Positions 38,448-47,688 of a DNA stretch of 64,000 bases are shown here, in pieces. A program made the translations under genes and the position numbers. Origin of the DNA: Candidatus Latescibacterota bacterium (GTDB lineage: Bacteria > Latescibacterota > UBA2968); assembly GCA_965198115.1 (NCBI GenBank), contig OZ240241.1, forward strand, positions 5,024,001-5,088,000. Direction: 5' to 3'. The notes beneath the pieces were generated by a model. The model did no database searches, was not told where the DNA came from, and saw nothing but the letters and a program-made list of their open reading frames with translations. The stretch's first letter is position 1. Each line of letters begins with the position of its first letter.

Positions 38448-38756
38448 ATGTCAGAAAACACTCACACCGCATCGGACGTGCAGGAAGCCCTCCGGCTGTT
38501 CAAGGTGGAACGCTACGAACTCAAGGCTTTGAGGCGAATTCGCGTGGGTGCGAGCCACGTCGTCGCTTTCGACATCAATGGCGATGCGCTCAGAATCGAC
38601 GGAATCGGCGCCCAACACCCCGAGATTAAAGACCTTCTGAAAGTGGCGGGCGCCTCCTTCGACCCCGCGACCGTTCACGAGATTCCCGATGAAGGGGAAG
38701 AGCGGGAGTACCAGATCGTGCGGGCAGACCCTTGGGGACACGACCGGGTCCTGTAA
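38448..38756 (+). CDS. Small hypothetical protein
   Basis: 102-aa ORF with coding-like codon usage, directly after a TATATT -10-like box. Confidence 0.65.
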   Translation: MSENTHTASDVQEALRLFKVERYELKALRRIRVGASHVVAFDINGDALRIDGIGAQHPEIKDLLKVAGASFDPATVHEIPDEGEEREYQIVRADPWGHDRVL

Positions 38757-38862
38757 CGTGACGGTTTAGGTCGTGAGTCCTGCTTTCGAGGATCGGCTCG
38801 GGAAATGCTTGAATGGTGGGTGGGGGTGACGACCCGGGAACAGTGTCCTCCTCAAGTGCCGG

Positions 38863-39873
38863 TCAAGCGGAAAGGTTCTCCAGCTGACCCGGTGGCGTCC
38901 AGGCTTTTACGGTGTTCTCGAGTTCGCCGATTCCGGAGAAAGTCATCTTAACGACGTCGCCGTCAACGAGACCGTCGGCCAGATCGCTGTCGGAGAAAAC
39001 GATGGGTGTTCCCCAGTAGAGCACCTGTAACTCGTCGGGTTCGAGGGGCACCCGTTCGAATAGGGAACGCTCGAGATGGAAAAGACCGTCGGGCATGTTG
39101 AGGTTGGAACTGCCCGTATGGCCTGATTTGCCCGCGACTTTCGCCCCTGCCCGAATGACGTCGCAGAAGACGGAAACGTCGCTGGGGTCGAAGGCGTCGT
39201 CGGTGACGAGAACCGGTCCGAGGCTCGCGCATCCACCCGACCAGTTCTTGGCCTGCGGTAGGTTCAGCGGATTGGCCGCTTCGATTCCGTTGTCGGTGTA
39301 GTCGTTCCCCCCGGTGAATCCCAATCGCTCGATCTGACCGTCGGCGCGCAGAGCGTAAACGCTGGCCAGCTCGGTTTCGGGCACGAGACGGATGGTGGTG
39401 TTCGGACGAGACACGGTCTGCCCGTGGGCGACGCAACTGTCCGGGTCGGTCTTCGCGAACAGTTCTGGAATACCGCCTTTAGCGCACTCGCGATATTTCT
39501 GGTCGTAAACGTTGATCGCCTGGCCCGTATGCTGTTGGGCCTCGAGCTCGCGCAGCTTGGCACTGTCTTCGTGCGTCACACCGGCGAGCCATATGCGGAG
39601 CAGATGCTTTTGTCCGGATGGGGCCGTGACGCTCGGGCGCAGATGACGGTTCCCGTCCTTTCCATCGAGCAGGTTGCCGAGCGAGAGGGAAGCTCCCGCG
39701 TCGGCAAGATCGATCGCAGCCGCGAGAAAGCCGCGGTCAGATCCACCGAATCGGTAGTAGATGTCGTGAATCGAAGTCGGACCGAGGGGACCGGCTGTCA
39801 GGTCGATCAGGGTGTCGCCGTCGACGATTCCCACACGATCCGATCCGCTTTCTCGATACTGAACGATTCTCAC
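38863..39873 (-). CDS. Fumarylacetoacetate hydrolase family protein (2-keto-3-deoxy-pentonate dehydratase-like)
   Basis: AGVTH, PELFAK, VPETEL, GND and IEAANPLNLPQAK motifs. Confidence 0.85.
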   Translation of the reverse strand: MRIVQYRESGSDRVGIVDGDTLIDLTAGPLGPTSIHDIYYRFGGSDRGFLAAAIDLADAGASLSLGNLLDGKDGNRHLRPSVTAPSGQKHLLRIWLAGVTHEDSAKLRELEAQQHTGQAINVYDQKYRECAKGGIPELFAKTDPDSCVAHGQTVSRPNTTIRLVPETELASVYALRADGQIERLGFTGGNDYTDNGIEAANPLNLPQAKNWSGGCASLGPVLVTDDAFDPSDVSVFCDVIRAGAKVAGKSGHTGSSNLNMPDGLFHLERSLFERVPLEPDELQVLYWGTPIVFSDSDLADGLVDGDVVKMTFSGIGELENTVKAWTPPGQLENLSA

Positions 39874-40021
39874 CGATCACCTCCCGAACTCGATGGCGTG
39901 CCGACCCTTGCGAGCGGTTACTATACCCGGTGCCACGATGCACGTAAAGGGAAAGGGACACGGCACGAGCCGGTGTTGGCTCGAGCGATCGGTGCGGAGA
40001 ATTCGTGAACGAGGGTAGAAC

Positions 40022-40552
40022 GTGCTGATGCGTGAAGAAGTGCCCGGTCTTGGGCGACGAGCCGGTTCGGTGCTGATCGATCTGGTGATGCTGGAACTGG
40101 CGATGATTCCAATCGCACTGGCTCTGAGGGAAGTGACGCCATCGCCGACGCTGCTCAGGGTCATCGAGTTCGGGATAGCGGTCGTCTATTCCACGGTCTT
40201 TTTAGGCGGGCGCGGGCAGACGCCGGGGAAGACGATGACTTCATTGCGTGTGATGAGTCTGGATGGGACGGGATTGAACCAGCGCCAGGCACTGGTCCGG
40301 TCCGTACTCAAGTGGTCACCGATCTTCGTGCCGTTGATACTGGTGACGCTGCTGCTCCCCGTTCCGACGACGCTGCAAGACGCCTCGATGGCTTCCCCGA
40401 TGCCTCTGCCCGATCCCCATCCACTGCTTGCCACGATTCCGCTCATTGCTCTCGGTGTGCTCCTGCTGCTCGCCCGGGCAACGCGGCGCGACCCCGACGG
40501 TCGGGCGCCACACGATCGCGTTGCGGATACGACCGTGATGAAGGTGCAGTAG
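40022..40552 (+). CDS. RDD-family membrane protein
   Basis: RR....LID, GQTPGK and HDRVADT.V motifs. Confidence 0.88.
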   Translation: MLMREEVPGLGRRAGSVLIDLVMLELAMIPIALALREVTPSPTLLRVIEFGIAVVYSTVFLGGRGQTPGKTMTSLRVMSLDGTGLNQRQALVRSVLKWSPIFVPLILVTLLLPVPTTLQDASMASPMPLPDPHPLLATIPLIALGVLLLLARATRRDPDGRAPHDRVADTTVMKVQ

Positions 40553-40578
40553 CGAGTATTAAGTTTAGCTTTTCTAGA

Positions 40579-40720
40579 TACATATGGACGTCCCTGTGCA
40601 CAGCCCTTCGACTACGCTCAGGACAGGCTCCGGGACGAGCGTTACGCTTGTTTTTTATAAAAATGTAAAGCGCTGCGCTCGTCCTCGTGCTCTGCACGAG
40701 GACACTACGAAAGCGTCTAG
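40579..40720. repeat. Composite REP-like palindrome between convergent genes
   Basis: CCCTTCGACTACGCTCAGGACAGGCT unit, GTCCTCGTGC-TCT-GCACGAGGAC hairpin and GACGAGCG/CGCTCGTC inverted pair. Confidence 0.7.
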
Positions 40721-40737
40721 TTGCCGCCCCTACCCAC

Positions 40738-43083
40738 TCAAGGAATGATGGCGAAGTCGGATTGCCGGGTCGTTTCGGTTCCGGCGTTCAGATCTTGGAT
40801 TTTCATTCTGACTTCGTACTGTCCAGGTTTGGCATCGGCGAGTTGAATCTCGAGAAAGTCGTTTTCTGTTTCTTCCGTTCCTGTCTGCTCGAATTCGAAC
40901 CCCACCGTTTCACCCGTCTCCTTCCTCAGCTTGGCCAGAAACGGAATTTTAATTTTGCCTTCCGAGGTCTGAGCCTCCACCTCGTAGGATAGCTGAAAAC
41001 GCGTCTGACCGAACTCGTCCCGTGTCAGATTGTAGATTTCGTAGTAGACGAAGAGGGGCTGCCCCTTCCGAAACTGACGCGTCGGCGCGGGAAGAATATC
41101 GAATCCGTTCCGGGTCCATTTGGATGTCGCATCGGGATTCGACTCGACGACCTGTTGGGCGATATGCAGGTCACTCATGATCAGGCTGTCTACCCAGTAG
41201 TCCCTGAGGTCCAGGCCTTGAGGGTAGACCTCGACGCGGTTCGTGTTAGTTCGCTGGGCCTGGACACGCAGTTCGTAGTGACCGGGTCGGACCTGGACTT
41301 TGTGCAGGTCGACTGCCAGCATACCTCGACCTCTCGTTTCATCGCTGATGCCGATGCCCAGGTAGTCCACGGCATGGTGCACTTCGTCCAGATTCTTCAG
41401 GAGGACGATGCGACGCTCCACGACGACGGATGTGTCCTGATCGGTGGGCAGCGCCACTTCGTCGATGGGAAGACCGACGCTGACCTGGAGCTCGGTTTTG
41501 CTCGAGTCTCCTCGAAACGATACGGCCTCGTATCGAAATTCGAGGGGGGTGAGGAAAGAGAGGTCGTATTTTTCGGGTGTGCGGATGATTGCGTCCTGAA
41601 CGCGTGTGGAGGGGGCCGTTTCCGTCAGCAGGCTGAGGAGCCTGACGGGAGATCCGACCGATCGGGCACCGATGCGGTCCATGTCTTCTGATGACAGCAT
41701 AGGGATGGGTGCGTAATCATAGTGGCCGGAGAGAAAGTCGTCGGTGAACGCGATCTCGACGCCACGATCGCCCACTCCCGTGTAAACCCAAACCTCCCAC
41801 GGTATGGCCGACCAGTCGTGGCCCGACGTGACGGGCTTGTAACTGTCGAGCATGAGGAGTTCGCCCCCCGGGAGGGCGTCGTCGGCGAGCGACCGTCCGA
41901 TGTCCTGCTGGCTCTTGATCGGGTAGACGGGACCCACGAACGAGAAGTCCATGCCCTGATCTCCGTAGAGCTGGTGCGCCAACCGCTCCTGTACGCGTTG
42001 GGCTGCGGGCGACACGATCGCATTCAGGTTGCGTGAACTGGATTGCCAGTCGGGCTCTCCGAAGCGGATGTAGATTTCACCCCGACGATCCCACGGGCGC
42101 TTCCGCTTCCCGTATTTGGTGATGGCGACCCAGACGCGGCGGTAATGCTCGGCGCGACGGAACGCTCCACCGGACGTCTTGAAGGCATCGCGCACCATCC
42201 AGAATCGATTCAGGAACGCTTCCCGTTTGCTCGGGGGCACGCTTCTCCACGCCCGGATTTCGGGTCTGTTGCCGACCAGGGCGATGTCTTCGTAGAGCGC
42301 TCGGTCCTCGGGGTCGAGTGTGGCGATGTAGTCCTGGTAGGCCTCGAGAGCGGCCTCGTGATCTCCCATCTTGACGAGGGCGAACCCGAGTAATGGGAGC
42401 GACCGGGGTTCCGTGAGGCGTGAGGCGATCTCGGTCAACGCATCGTAGGCGCCCGATTCGAAGAGACTGAGGGCGAAGGCGTAGGCCCCATCCTGGTCTC
42501 CGGGGTTCCGATCGAGGTATCGTTTGAAGAACAGGCCCGCGGGGTCCGTATTGCCGTCCTCTACGTAGATCTCTGCCAGGATCCGGTAGGGCTCTGCCAG
42601 ACGGGCGTCGAGCATGATGGCCCGGTCGGCAGCGCGACGGGCTTCCCGCGTGCGGTCCGTCTCCCGGTAGGCGATCGCCAGCAGGCTGTGGGCGGTTGCG
42701 TAGGTCGAGTCGATTTCGAGCGCTCTGAGGAAATAAGGAATGGCTTCTTTGGGTTTCTTGCGGAGCTCGAGATGGACACGTCCTAGGCCTAAGGGGGGTC
42801 CTGCGAGGTCGGGTCGTGCGGCAATGGCTCGAGTAAGAGCAGCCAGGGCGCTGTCCGTCGATCCTGCACGGAGATACAGGGCGCCACGGAACGCGTCGAT
42901 GCGGCCGGTGTCCGTCGTTTCGGGGCGAAGGGCCAACAAGGCGACCGCCGCGCCCTCCAGGTCGTGCGTCGACCCGAGGAAGATCGAGTCGATGCGGGCA
43001 TCGAGGTCTTGGGAAACGGCTGTCGCGCTCGAGAAGAGACTCGTCACGATGACGAGGCTGAGGACGAAGAACGATCGGGACAA
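40738..43083 (-). CDS. Exported TPR plus GWxTD-domain protein
   Basis: Signal peptide, TPR repeats, FLNRFW..RD...EHYRRV...WDRRGEIYIRFGEPD and C-terminal beta-sandwich domains. Confidence 0.85.
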   Translation of the reverse strand: MSRSFFVLSLVIVTSLFSSATAVSQDLDARIDSIFLGSTHDLEGAAVALLALRPETTDTGRIDAFRGALYLRAGSTDSALAALTRAIAARPDLAGPPLGLGRVHLELRKKPKEAIPYFLRALEIDSTYATAHSLLAIAYRETDRTREARRAADRAIMLDARLAEPYRILAEIYVEDGNTDPAGLFFKRYLDRNPGDQDGAYAFALSLFESGAYDALTEIASRLTEPRSLPLLGFALVKMGDHEAALEAYQDYIATLDPEDRALYEDIALVGNRPEIRAWRSVPPSKREAFLNRFWMVRDAFKTSGGAFRRAEHYRRVWVAITKYGKRKRPWDRRGEIYIRFGEPDWQSSSRNLNAIVSPAAQRVQERLAHQLYGDQGMDFSFVGPVYPIKSQQDIGRSLADDALPGGELLMLDSYKPVTSGHDWSAIPWEVWVYTGVGDRGVEIAFTDDFLSGHYDYAPIPMLSSEDMDRIGARSVGSPVRLLSLLTETAPSTRVQDAIIRTPEKYDLSFLTPLEFRYEAVSFRGDSSKTELQVSVGLPIDEVALPTDQDTSVVVERRIVLLKNLDEVHHAVDYLGIGISDETRGRGMLAVDLHKVQVRPGHYELRVQAQRTNTNRVEVYPQGLDLRDYWVDSLIMSDLHIAQQVVESNPDATSKWTRNGFDILPAPTRQFRKGQPLFVYYEIYNLTRDEFGQTRFQLSYEVEAQTSEGKIKIPFLAKLRKETGETVGFEFEQTGTEETENDFLEIQLADAKPGQYEVRMKIQDLNAGTETTRQSDFAIIP

Positions 43084-43156
43084 TGGATTCCTCTCGGTTC
43101 GGGTGGGATTGACAAAACAAGAACGCCCGAGTGCGCCCAGAGATCCGGCTTGCGGC

Positions 43157-43185
43157 TTGACGCCCGCTGAAGCGCCGAGTATACT
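43157..43185 (+). promoter_or_regulatory. Sigma70-like promoter
   Basis: TTGACG-N17-TATACT. Confidence 0.6.
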
Positions 43186-43321
43186 GGCCGGCCCACGGAC
43201 ATTGAAGATTCAACTTCGTGTCGGGCATAGGACATATATAAGTGTTGCGGTTGGGATGCAACACTCGGTCGCCGACTCGGCGACACGTCGAGGCGCGGGG
43301 TGGTTCGGATCCTGTTTTTCC

Positions 43322-43350
43322 TTGACTTGGCCCGTGACCACCTCTACGTT
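43322..43350 (+). promoter_or_regulatory. Second sigma70-like promoter upstream of PTS IIA
   Basis: TTGACT-N17-TACGTT. Confidence 0.4.
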
Positions 43351-43417
43351 TCGAGAAACGTGAGATAAGTTAATGCGAAACAGGTAGTTCCGCCTGTTCT
43401 CCCGTTCGGAGGAACGG

Positions 43418-43879
43418 ATGAGGTTGATGGAAATCCTGTCGGGAAAGTCGGTCGTCGTCGGCTTGGACGGGCTGACAAAGGGGGAGATCCTCGAAGAGCT
43501 TGTCGACGTTCTCGAAGTGGGTGACAAGATCATCGATCGGGACAAGGTGCTCGAGGCCGTTCTGCAGCGGGAAGAGATCATGAGCACTGGCATCGGCCAC
43601 GGGATCGCGATTCCCCACGGGAAGTCCGAATTCGTGAAGGAACTCGGCGGCGTGCTCGGAATCAAAGGTGATGGCGTTGATTTCGATGCCCTGGACGGAA
43701 AACCGACGTTCATTTTTTTTCTCCTCGTCTCACCGATGGACGTGTCGGGTCCCCACATTAAGGCGCTTGCCCGTATTTCCAGGTTGTTGAAGGGCGAGGC
43801 GTTTCGACAGGAATTGATTGGCGCATCGGACAGGGACACGGCCATCAGGATCCTGGAGGAAGAAGAAAAGCGTCATTGA
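43418..43879 (+). CDS. ptsN: PTS EIIA component (Ntr/Fru type)
   Basis: RE..MSTGIG.GIAIPHG, DFDALDGKP and HIKALARISRLL motifs. Confidence 0.9.
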   Translation: MRLMEILSGKSVVVGLDGLTKGEILEELVDVLEVGDKIIDRDKVLEAVLQREEIMSTGIGHGIAIPHGKSEFVKELGGVLGIKGDGVDFDALDGKPTFIFFLLVSPMDVSGPHIKALARISRLLKGEAFRQELIGASDRDTAIRILEEEEKRH

Positions 43880-43905
43880 AGTTGCCGGCGCCGCACTCAC
43901 AGGGT

Positions 43906-43937
43906 CTGCTCGCGAACGGTCGTGAGCAGTTTTTTTT
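43906..43937 (+). terminator. Rho-independent terminator whose T-tract is the ISL3 target
   Basis: CTGCTCGCGA-ACGG-TCGTGAGCAG followed by T8. Confidence 0.8.
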
Positions 43938-45357
43938 GGCTATATCCGGATCTCTCAACGAGCTGAAGTGGGTGAAGGTGCCGTGGTTCCTGGCATGGGG
44001 GCGCGGTTAGCGTGTGCGGAACCTCTTCGGAATCTGCTCAGGGATGTTTATGTCTCCGACGGTAAGGAAGATCATATCGTTGAATGCGTCGAGTGTGCGG
44101 AATCCGCTGGCTCGGTTCTTGACGATTTGGACGATTCGGTTGAGGCCTTCGGCGATGGCGTTGGTAAGACGCGTGTTCACGAATGCGAGGACGCCGAAGA
44201 AGTGCTGTCGCAGGGTCCTGACGAACTTTCGCAGGGGTTCAAGTCGACTTCTGAGTGCGGACGTCGTCCAGCATTTCAGGAAGCGTTCGGCAGCCCAGGG
44301 CGCTTTGTATTCCCAGAACTGCTCGAACTCGTCCTTGAGTCTCCAGGCTCTATAGATTCGGTAGTTCGCCTTCTCCAGTGCTTTGAGTGTCCGAGTATCC
44401 CCTCTGGAGCGTGTCGCTGAGTGCCGGTAGAGGAGCCATCGGAGGCCCTTCATGGCTTTGCGCTCATCCGGGGCAGCTTTACGCCACTGGTCCTTACGGA
44501 CCTCGTCAACGGCGGCATTGAGAGCCTTGACGATGTGAAAGCGATCGAGGACCAGCTTGGCATTCGGACAGTGTTCCTGGATGGCTCCGATGTAAGCTTC
44601 GCTCATGTCGCAGCAGGCCCACTCGATCTTGGATCTCTGGTAGGGACTGAGAGCCTCTGTGAAGAACCGATCGATCGTTTTACGCGCCCTGCCGCGGCCA
44701 ACCCACACCACGCAGAAGCGGTCCAGATCGTAAACGAGCGTGGCGTACCTGTGACGCTTGGCGTAGGAGATCTCGTCGATCCCGATGGTTTTGAGCCCTC
44801 GGATACGATGACCTTCACGAAGCCGCGTGATGGATCGGTGAAGGAGATCCGACAGCGTCGAGGCAGAGATGCGCAGCAACTCGGACGCCGCCTTCTGCGT
44901 CATGGTCTGGCAGTAGCGCAGCATGGCATACTCGAAGCGATACGTCACCCGAGAGAACCGCTCCGCCCACGGAATCTCCTCGACCACACGACCGTGGGTA
45001 GGACACCGAATCTCCCGAGGATGGTAGAGAAGCCAGACCCTCCACCCGCACACCGGAATGTCACGCCACCGACGCGGATGGGGCATTGTGCGGACGATTT
45101 TACCTCGACGGCCGCACTCCAGACAACAACAACCATTCTTATGTGGCTTTACGGCGATGACGAAACAGCTTCTCCCCTCAAACCACCAGCTGACAACACG
45201 GAACCCCTTGAATCTCAGCAGTTTCGATAGTAATCTGCTCCCGGTCATAGGTCGCACCCCCTTCGCTTTGATTGTCCTACACACACAACCAAGCGTAGGG
45301 AACGATCTATGACCTTATCATTCTATAGTTTCACCGTTGAGAAACCCGGATAGAGCC
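43938..45357 (-). mobile_element. ISL3-family element, copy 3 (1420 bp), TSD TTTTTTTT
   Basis: Same IRs; T8 at 43930-43937 and 45358-45365. Confidence 0.95.
44007..45248 (-). CDS. ISL3-family transposase
   Basis: Near-identical to copies 1 and 2 (CLEC, DRF and YQR variants). Confidence 0.95.
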   Translation of the reverse strand: MTGSRLLSKLLRFKGFRVVSWWFEGRSCFVIAVKPHKNGCCCLECGRRGKIVRTMPHPRRWRDIPVCGWRVWLLYHPREIRCPTHGRVVEEIPWAERFSRVTYRFEYAMLRYCQTMTQKAASELLRISASTLSDLLHRSITRLREGHRIRGLKTIGIDEISYAKRHRYATLVYDLDRFCVVWVGRGRARKTIDRFFTEALSPYQRSKIEWACCDMSEAYIGAIQEHCPNAKLVLDRFHIVKALNAAVDEVRKDQWRKAAPDERKAMKGLRWLLYRHSATRSRGDTRTLKALEKANYRIYRAWRLKDEFEQFWEYKAPWAAERFLKCWTTSALRSRLEPLRKFVRTLRQHFFGVLAFVNTRLTNAIAEGLNRIVQIVKNRASGFRTLDAFNDMIFLTVGDINIPEQIPKRFRTR

Positions 45358-45422
45358 TTTTTTTTGCCATACCGGAACCGTGGGGCGACTCGAGATACTC
45401 AGGAGAGGGTGAGGGCTGAACC

Positions 45423-47495
45423 GTGTTCGGACTCAGTTTCGCAAATCCTGCCTTGCTGCACGGGCTCTGGGTCGCGCTGGCTCCGATCGTCATCCACCTG
45501 CTCAACCGACGTCGGGCGGCGACGGTCCCGTTCAGCAACGTGGCCCTGATCCAGTCGCTTCAGCACGACCGCATGCGCCGCGTGCGATTGAAGCAGTGGC
45601 TGCTTCTTCTGCTCCGCACGTTGTTGATTGCTTTTCTGGCCCTGGCCTTCGCACGTCCGACACTCCGTGGCGCACCGGGGGGTGGAGGCACACACACGGC
45701 TGCGGTCGTGCTGGTCGACCGGTCTTTGAGCGTGCGTCACGTGGGTGTGTTTTCGACGGCCCGTGAGCGTCTGGAGGAGCTCCTTCCCTTGTTCGAATCG
45801 CAGGACGATGTGCACATCATCGCGTTCGACGATCGAGCAGAACGTGTGGGCGCCGGATCCGTTACCGGATTTCGGCTGGCCACGCGGGACCTGTCCGCAG
45901 GATACAGGGGGACCGATCTTCTCCCGGCGATCGAGATGGCGCAATCGCTCCTTGCCCGATCCGACCATTTGAACCGTGAGGTTTACATTCTGTCGGATTT
46001 CGCCGCATCGGGGTGGCAATCCGTGCCCGACTCGATCGCGGGGTTTTCCGAATCGATCGTTTACGCGATTCGGCTGGTGAGCACCCCGTCCGAGAACGTC
46101 TCCATCCAGGACGTTCGGCCTGCGGGGGGTGTGCTGGGCGTCGGGCTTCGGTCGTCCCTGACCCTTGCTCTGGCCAACCACGGATCGACGCCACGTTCGG
46201 AGGTTGGGATCGATGTGAGTGCGAACGGGCGAAGGATTGCTCGGCGTGTCGTGTCGGTGGCTCCGGGAGCGCTCGCGGTGGACGTTCCATTCACGCCGGA
46301 GGCGGGAGGTGATGTCATCGTTCGAGTCGAGCTCGAAGACTCGGACGATCTGCCGGACGACGACGTGCGCCGATCGGTCGTGCACGTTCCGTCGCGTGTG
46401 CGGGTCACGCTTGCCGGGTCCAGAGACGATCGGTATTTCGTGGAGCAGGCCCTGGTGTCGGAGGGGGAGGCGGTTTCTGTTCACGCCGTCGACGTGGACG
46501 CGTTGACGGTCGAAGACGTGGCCGAAACCGATGTGGTCGTGCTGTGGGCGGAGACACTCGCTCGCTCGCAGGTCGACCTGCTCGCTCGTCACGTCGAAGG
46601 TGGCGGGGGTCTATGGCTGTTCCTCGGTCGTCACGTCGACACCCGTGTCTACAACGAGCGTGTACTTCCCCGACTGGCCCCGTGCCGTCTGGTCGGTGTG
46701 GAGGGAAGACCGGGAGGAGAGACGCACGCTCGGCTGAGGCCACCCGGAGACGGTCACGTTCTGTTTCGCGATCTCGTGGATCCGGAGACGTTCAGAAGCC
46801 CCGCTTTCCACGTGAAGTATCGCGTGGAACCACAGCCGGGTGTCGAGACGCTTCTATCGTTCACGGACGGGGGGGCCGCCCTGCTGCAGTCGACGATGGG
46901 TCACGGGCGCGTGCTGGTCCTGACCTCGAACACCGATCCCGATTGGAGCGACCTGGCGGTGTCGGGTCTGTTCGTTCCTCTCGTGCATCGCGTCACCCGG
47001 TTTCTCGCTTCTGGAGCGTTCGGTCGATCCGACTATGTCGTTGGAAGTCAGGTTACCCGGTATGTGACGGATCTCGACGACCGGGAGGGCCAGCTGCACG
47101 CGCCGGACGGCACGATGCGGACGATCTGGACCGAGGAAAGGGGATCGAGACGTGTGTGGGACCTCGGAACGCTGGCCCTGCCGGGGCTTTACGAGATTCG
47201 GGCCCGGGGTCGCCGCGTCGATCGACTGGCGGTCAACGTGCCTTCAGAAGAGTCCGACTTGAGTCCGATCGGATCGAAATCGATCGATCGGATGCTCCGC
47301 GGGGCCGAAGTCGTGGACGTCGACGCCGATGCGGGGCTCGAAGCGGTGGTGACGGCGCGACGACGGGGGCGCGAACTCTGGCAGTCGTTCTTGCTCGTTG
47401 CCCTGTTGTTCATGGCCGCGGAGCTGTGGATCGTGGGTGGAGAGAAGCGGAGTCGCGAAAGTGCAGCCGTAGCCCCAAATCGACCGCTACCTTGA
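45423..47495 (+). CDS. BatA/vWA-domain membrane protein
   Basis: F.NP.LL..L..L.PIVIHLLNR BatA N-terminus, DRSLS MIDAS-like motif, ILSDF, C-terminal ELW...LL...AELW anchor. Confidence 0.87.
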   Translation: MFGLSFANPALLHGLWVALAPIVIHLLNRRRAATVPFSNVALIQSLQHDRMRRVRLKQWLLLLLRTLLIAFLALAFARPTLRGAPGGGGTHTAAVVLVDRSLSVRHVGVFSTARERLEELLPLFESQDDVHIIAFDDRAERVGAGSVTGFRLATRDLSAGYRGTDLLPAIEMAQSLLARSDHLNREVYILSDFAASGWQSVPDSIAGFSESIVYAIRLVSTPSENVSIQDVRPAGGVLGVGLRSSLTLALANHGSTPRSEVGIDVSANGRRIARRVVSVAPGALAVDVPFTPEAGGDVIVRVELEDSDDLPDDDVRRSVVHVPSRVRVTLAGSRDDRYFVEQALVSEGEAVSVHAVDVDALTVEDVAETDVVVLWAETLARSQVDLLARHVEGGGGLWLFLGRHVDTRVYNERVLPRLAPCRLVGVEGRPGGETHARLRPPGDGHVLFRDLVDPETFRSPAFHVKYRVEPQPGVETLLSFTDGGAALLQSTMGHGRVLVLTSNTDPDWSDLAVSGLFVPLVHRVTRFLASGAFGRSDYVVGSQVTRYVTDLDDREGQLHAPDGTMRTIWTEERGSRRVWDLGTLALPGLYEIRARGRRVDRLAVNVPSEESDLSPIGSKSIDRMLRGAEVVDVDADAGLEAVVTARRRGRELWQSFLLVALLFMAAELWIVGGEKRSRESAAVAPNRPLP

Positions 47496-47520
47496 CATCT
47501 TCGGGGGGCGCTCTTATGTT
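47492..47520 (+). promoter_or_regulatory. Sigma70-like promoter for topA
   Basis: TTGACA-N17-TATGTT. Confidence 0.6.
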
Positions 47521-47688
47521 TGCACCGAATCGGGCCCCTACCCGGATTTTTACACTTTACCACGGATTTCTCCCCGTGGTTTCGCGCCGGATGTGTGCCA
47601 ATTGTTCGTCCGGCGACCCCGAGTCTGGCCGAAGGACATCCGAACCCATTGGTGTGCTCCACCCCTTGACTGGAGCAGAAGGAAGGGT

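Noticed and set aside
43968-45230. Long antisense ORFs spanning ISL3
   Set aside because: Shadow frames of the transposase; their stop positions change with SNPs between copies.
47593-47688. N-terminal extensions in the ORF track (topA, 56152, 59559, 62979, 15358)
   Set aside because: Downstream ATGs match the family N-termini better, most with an RBS-like sequence.
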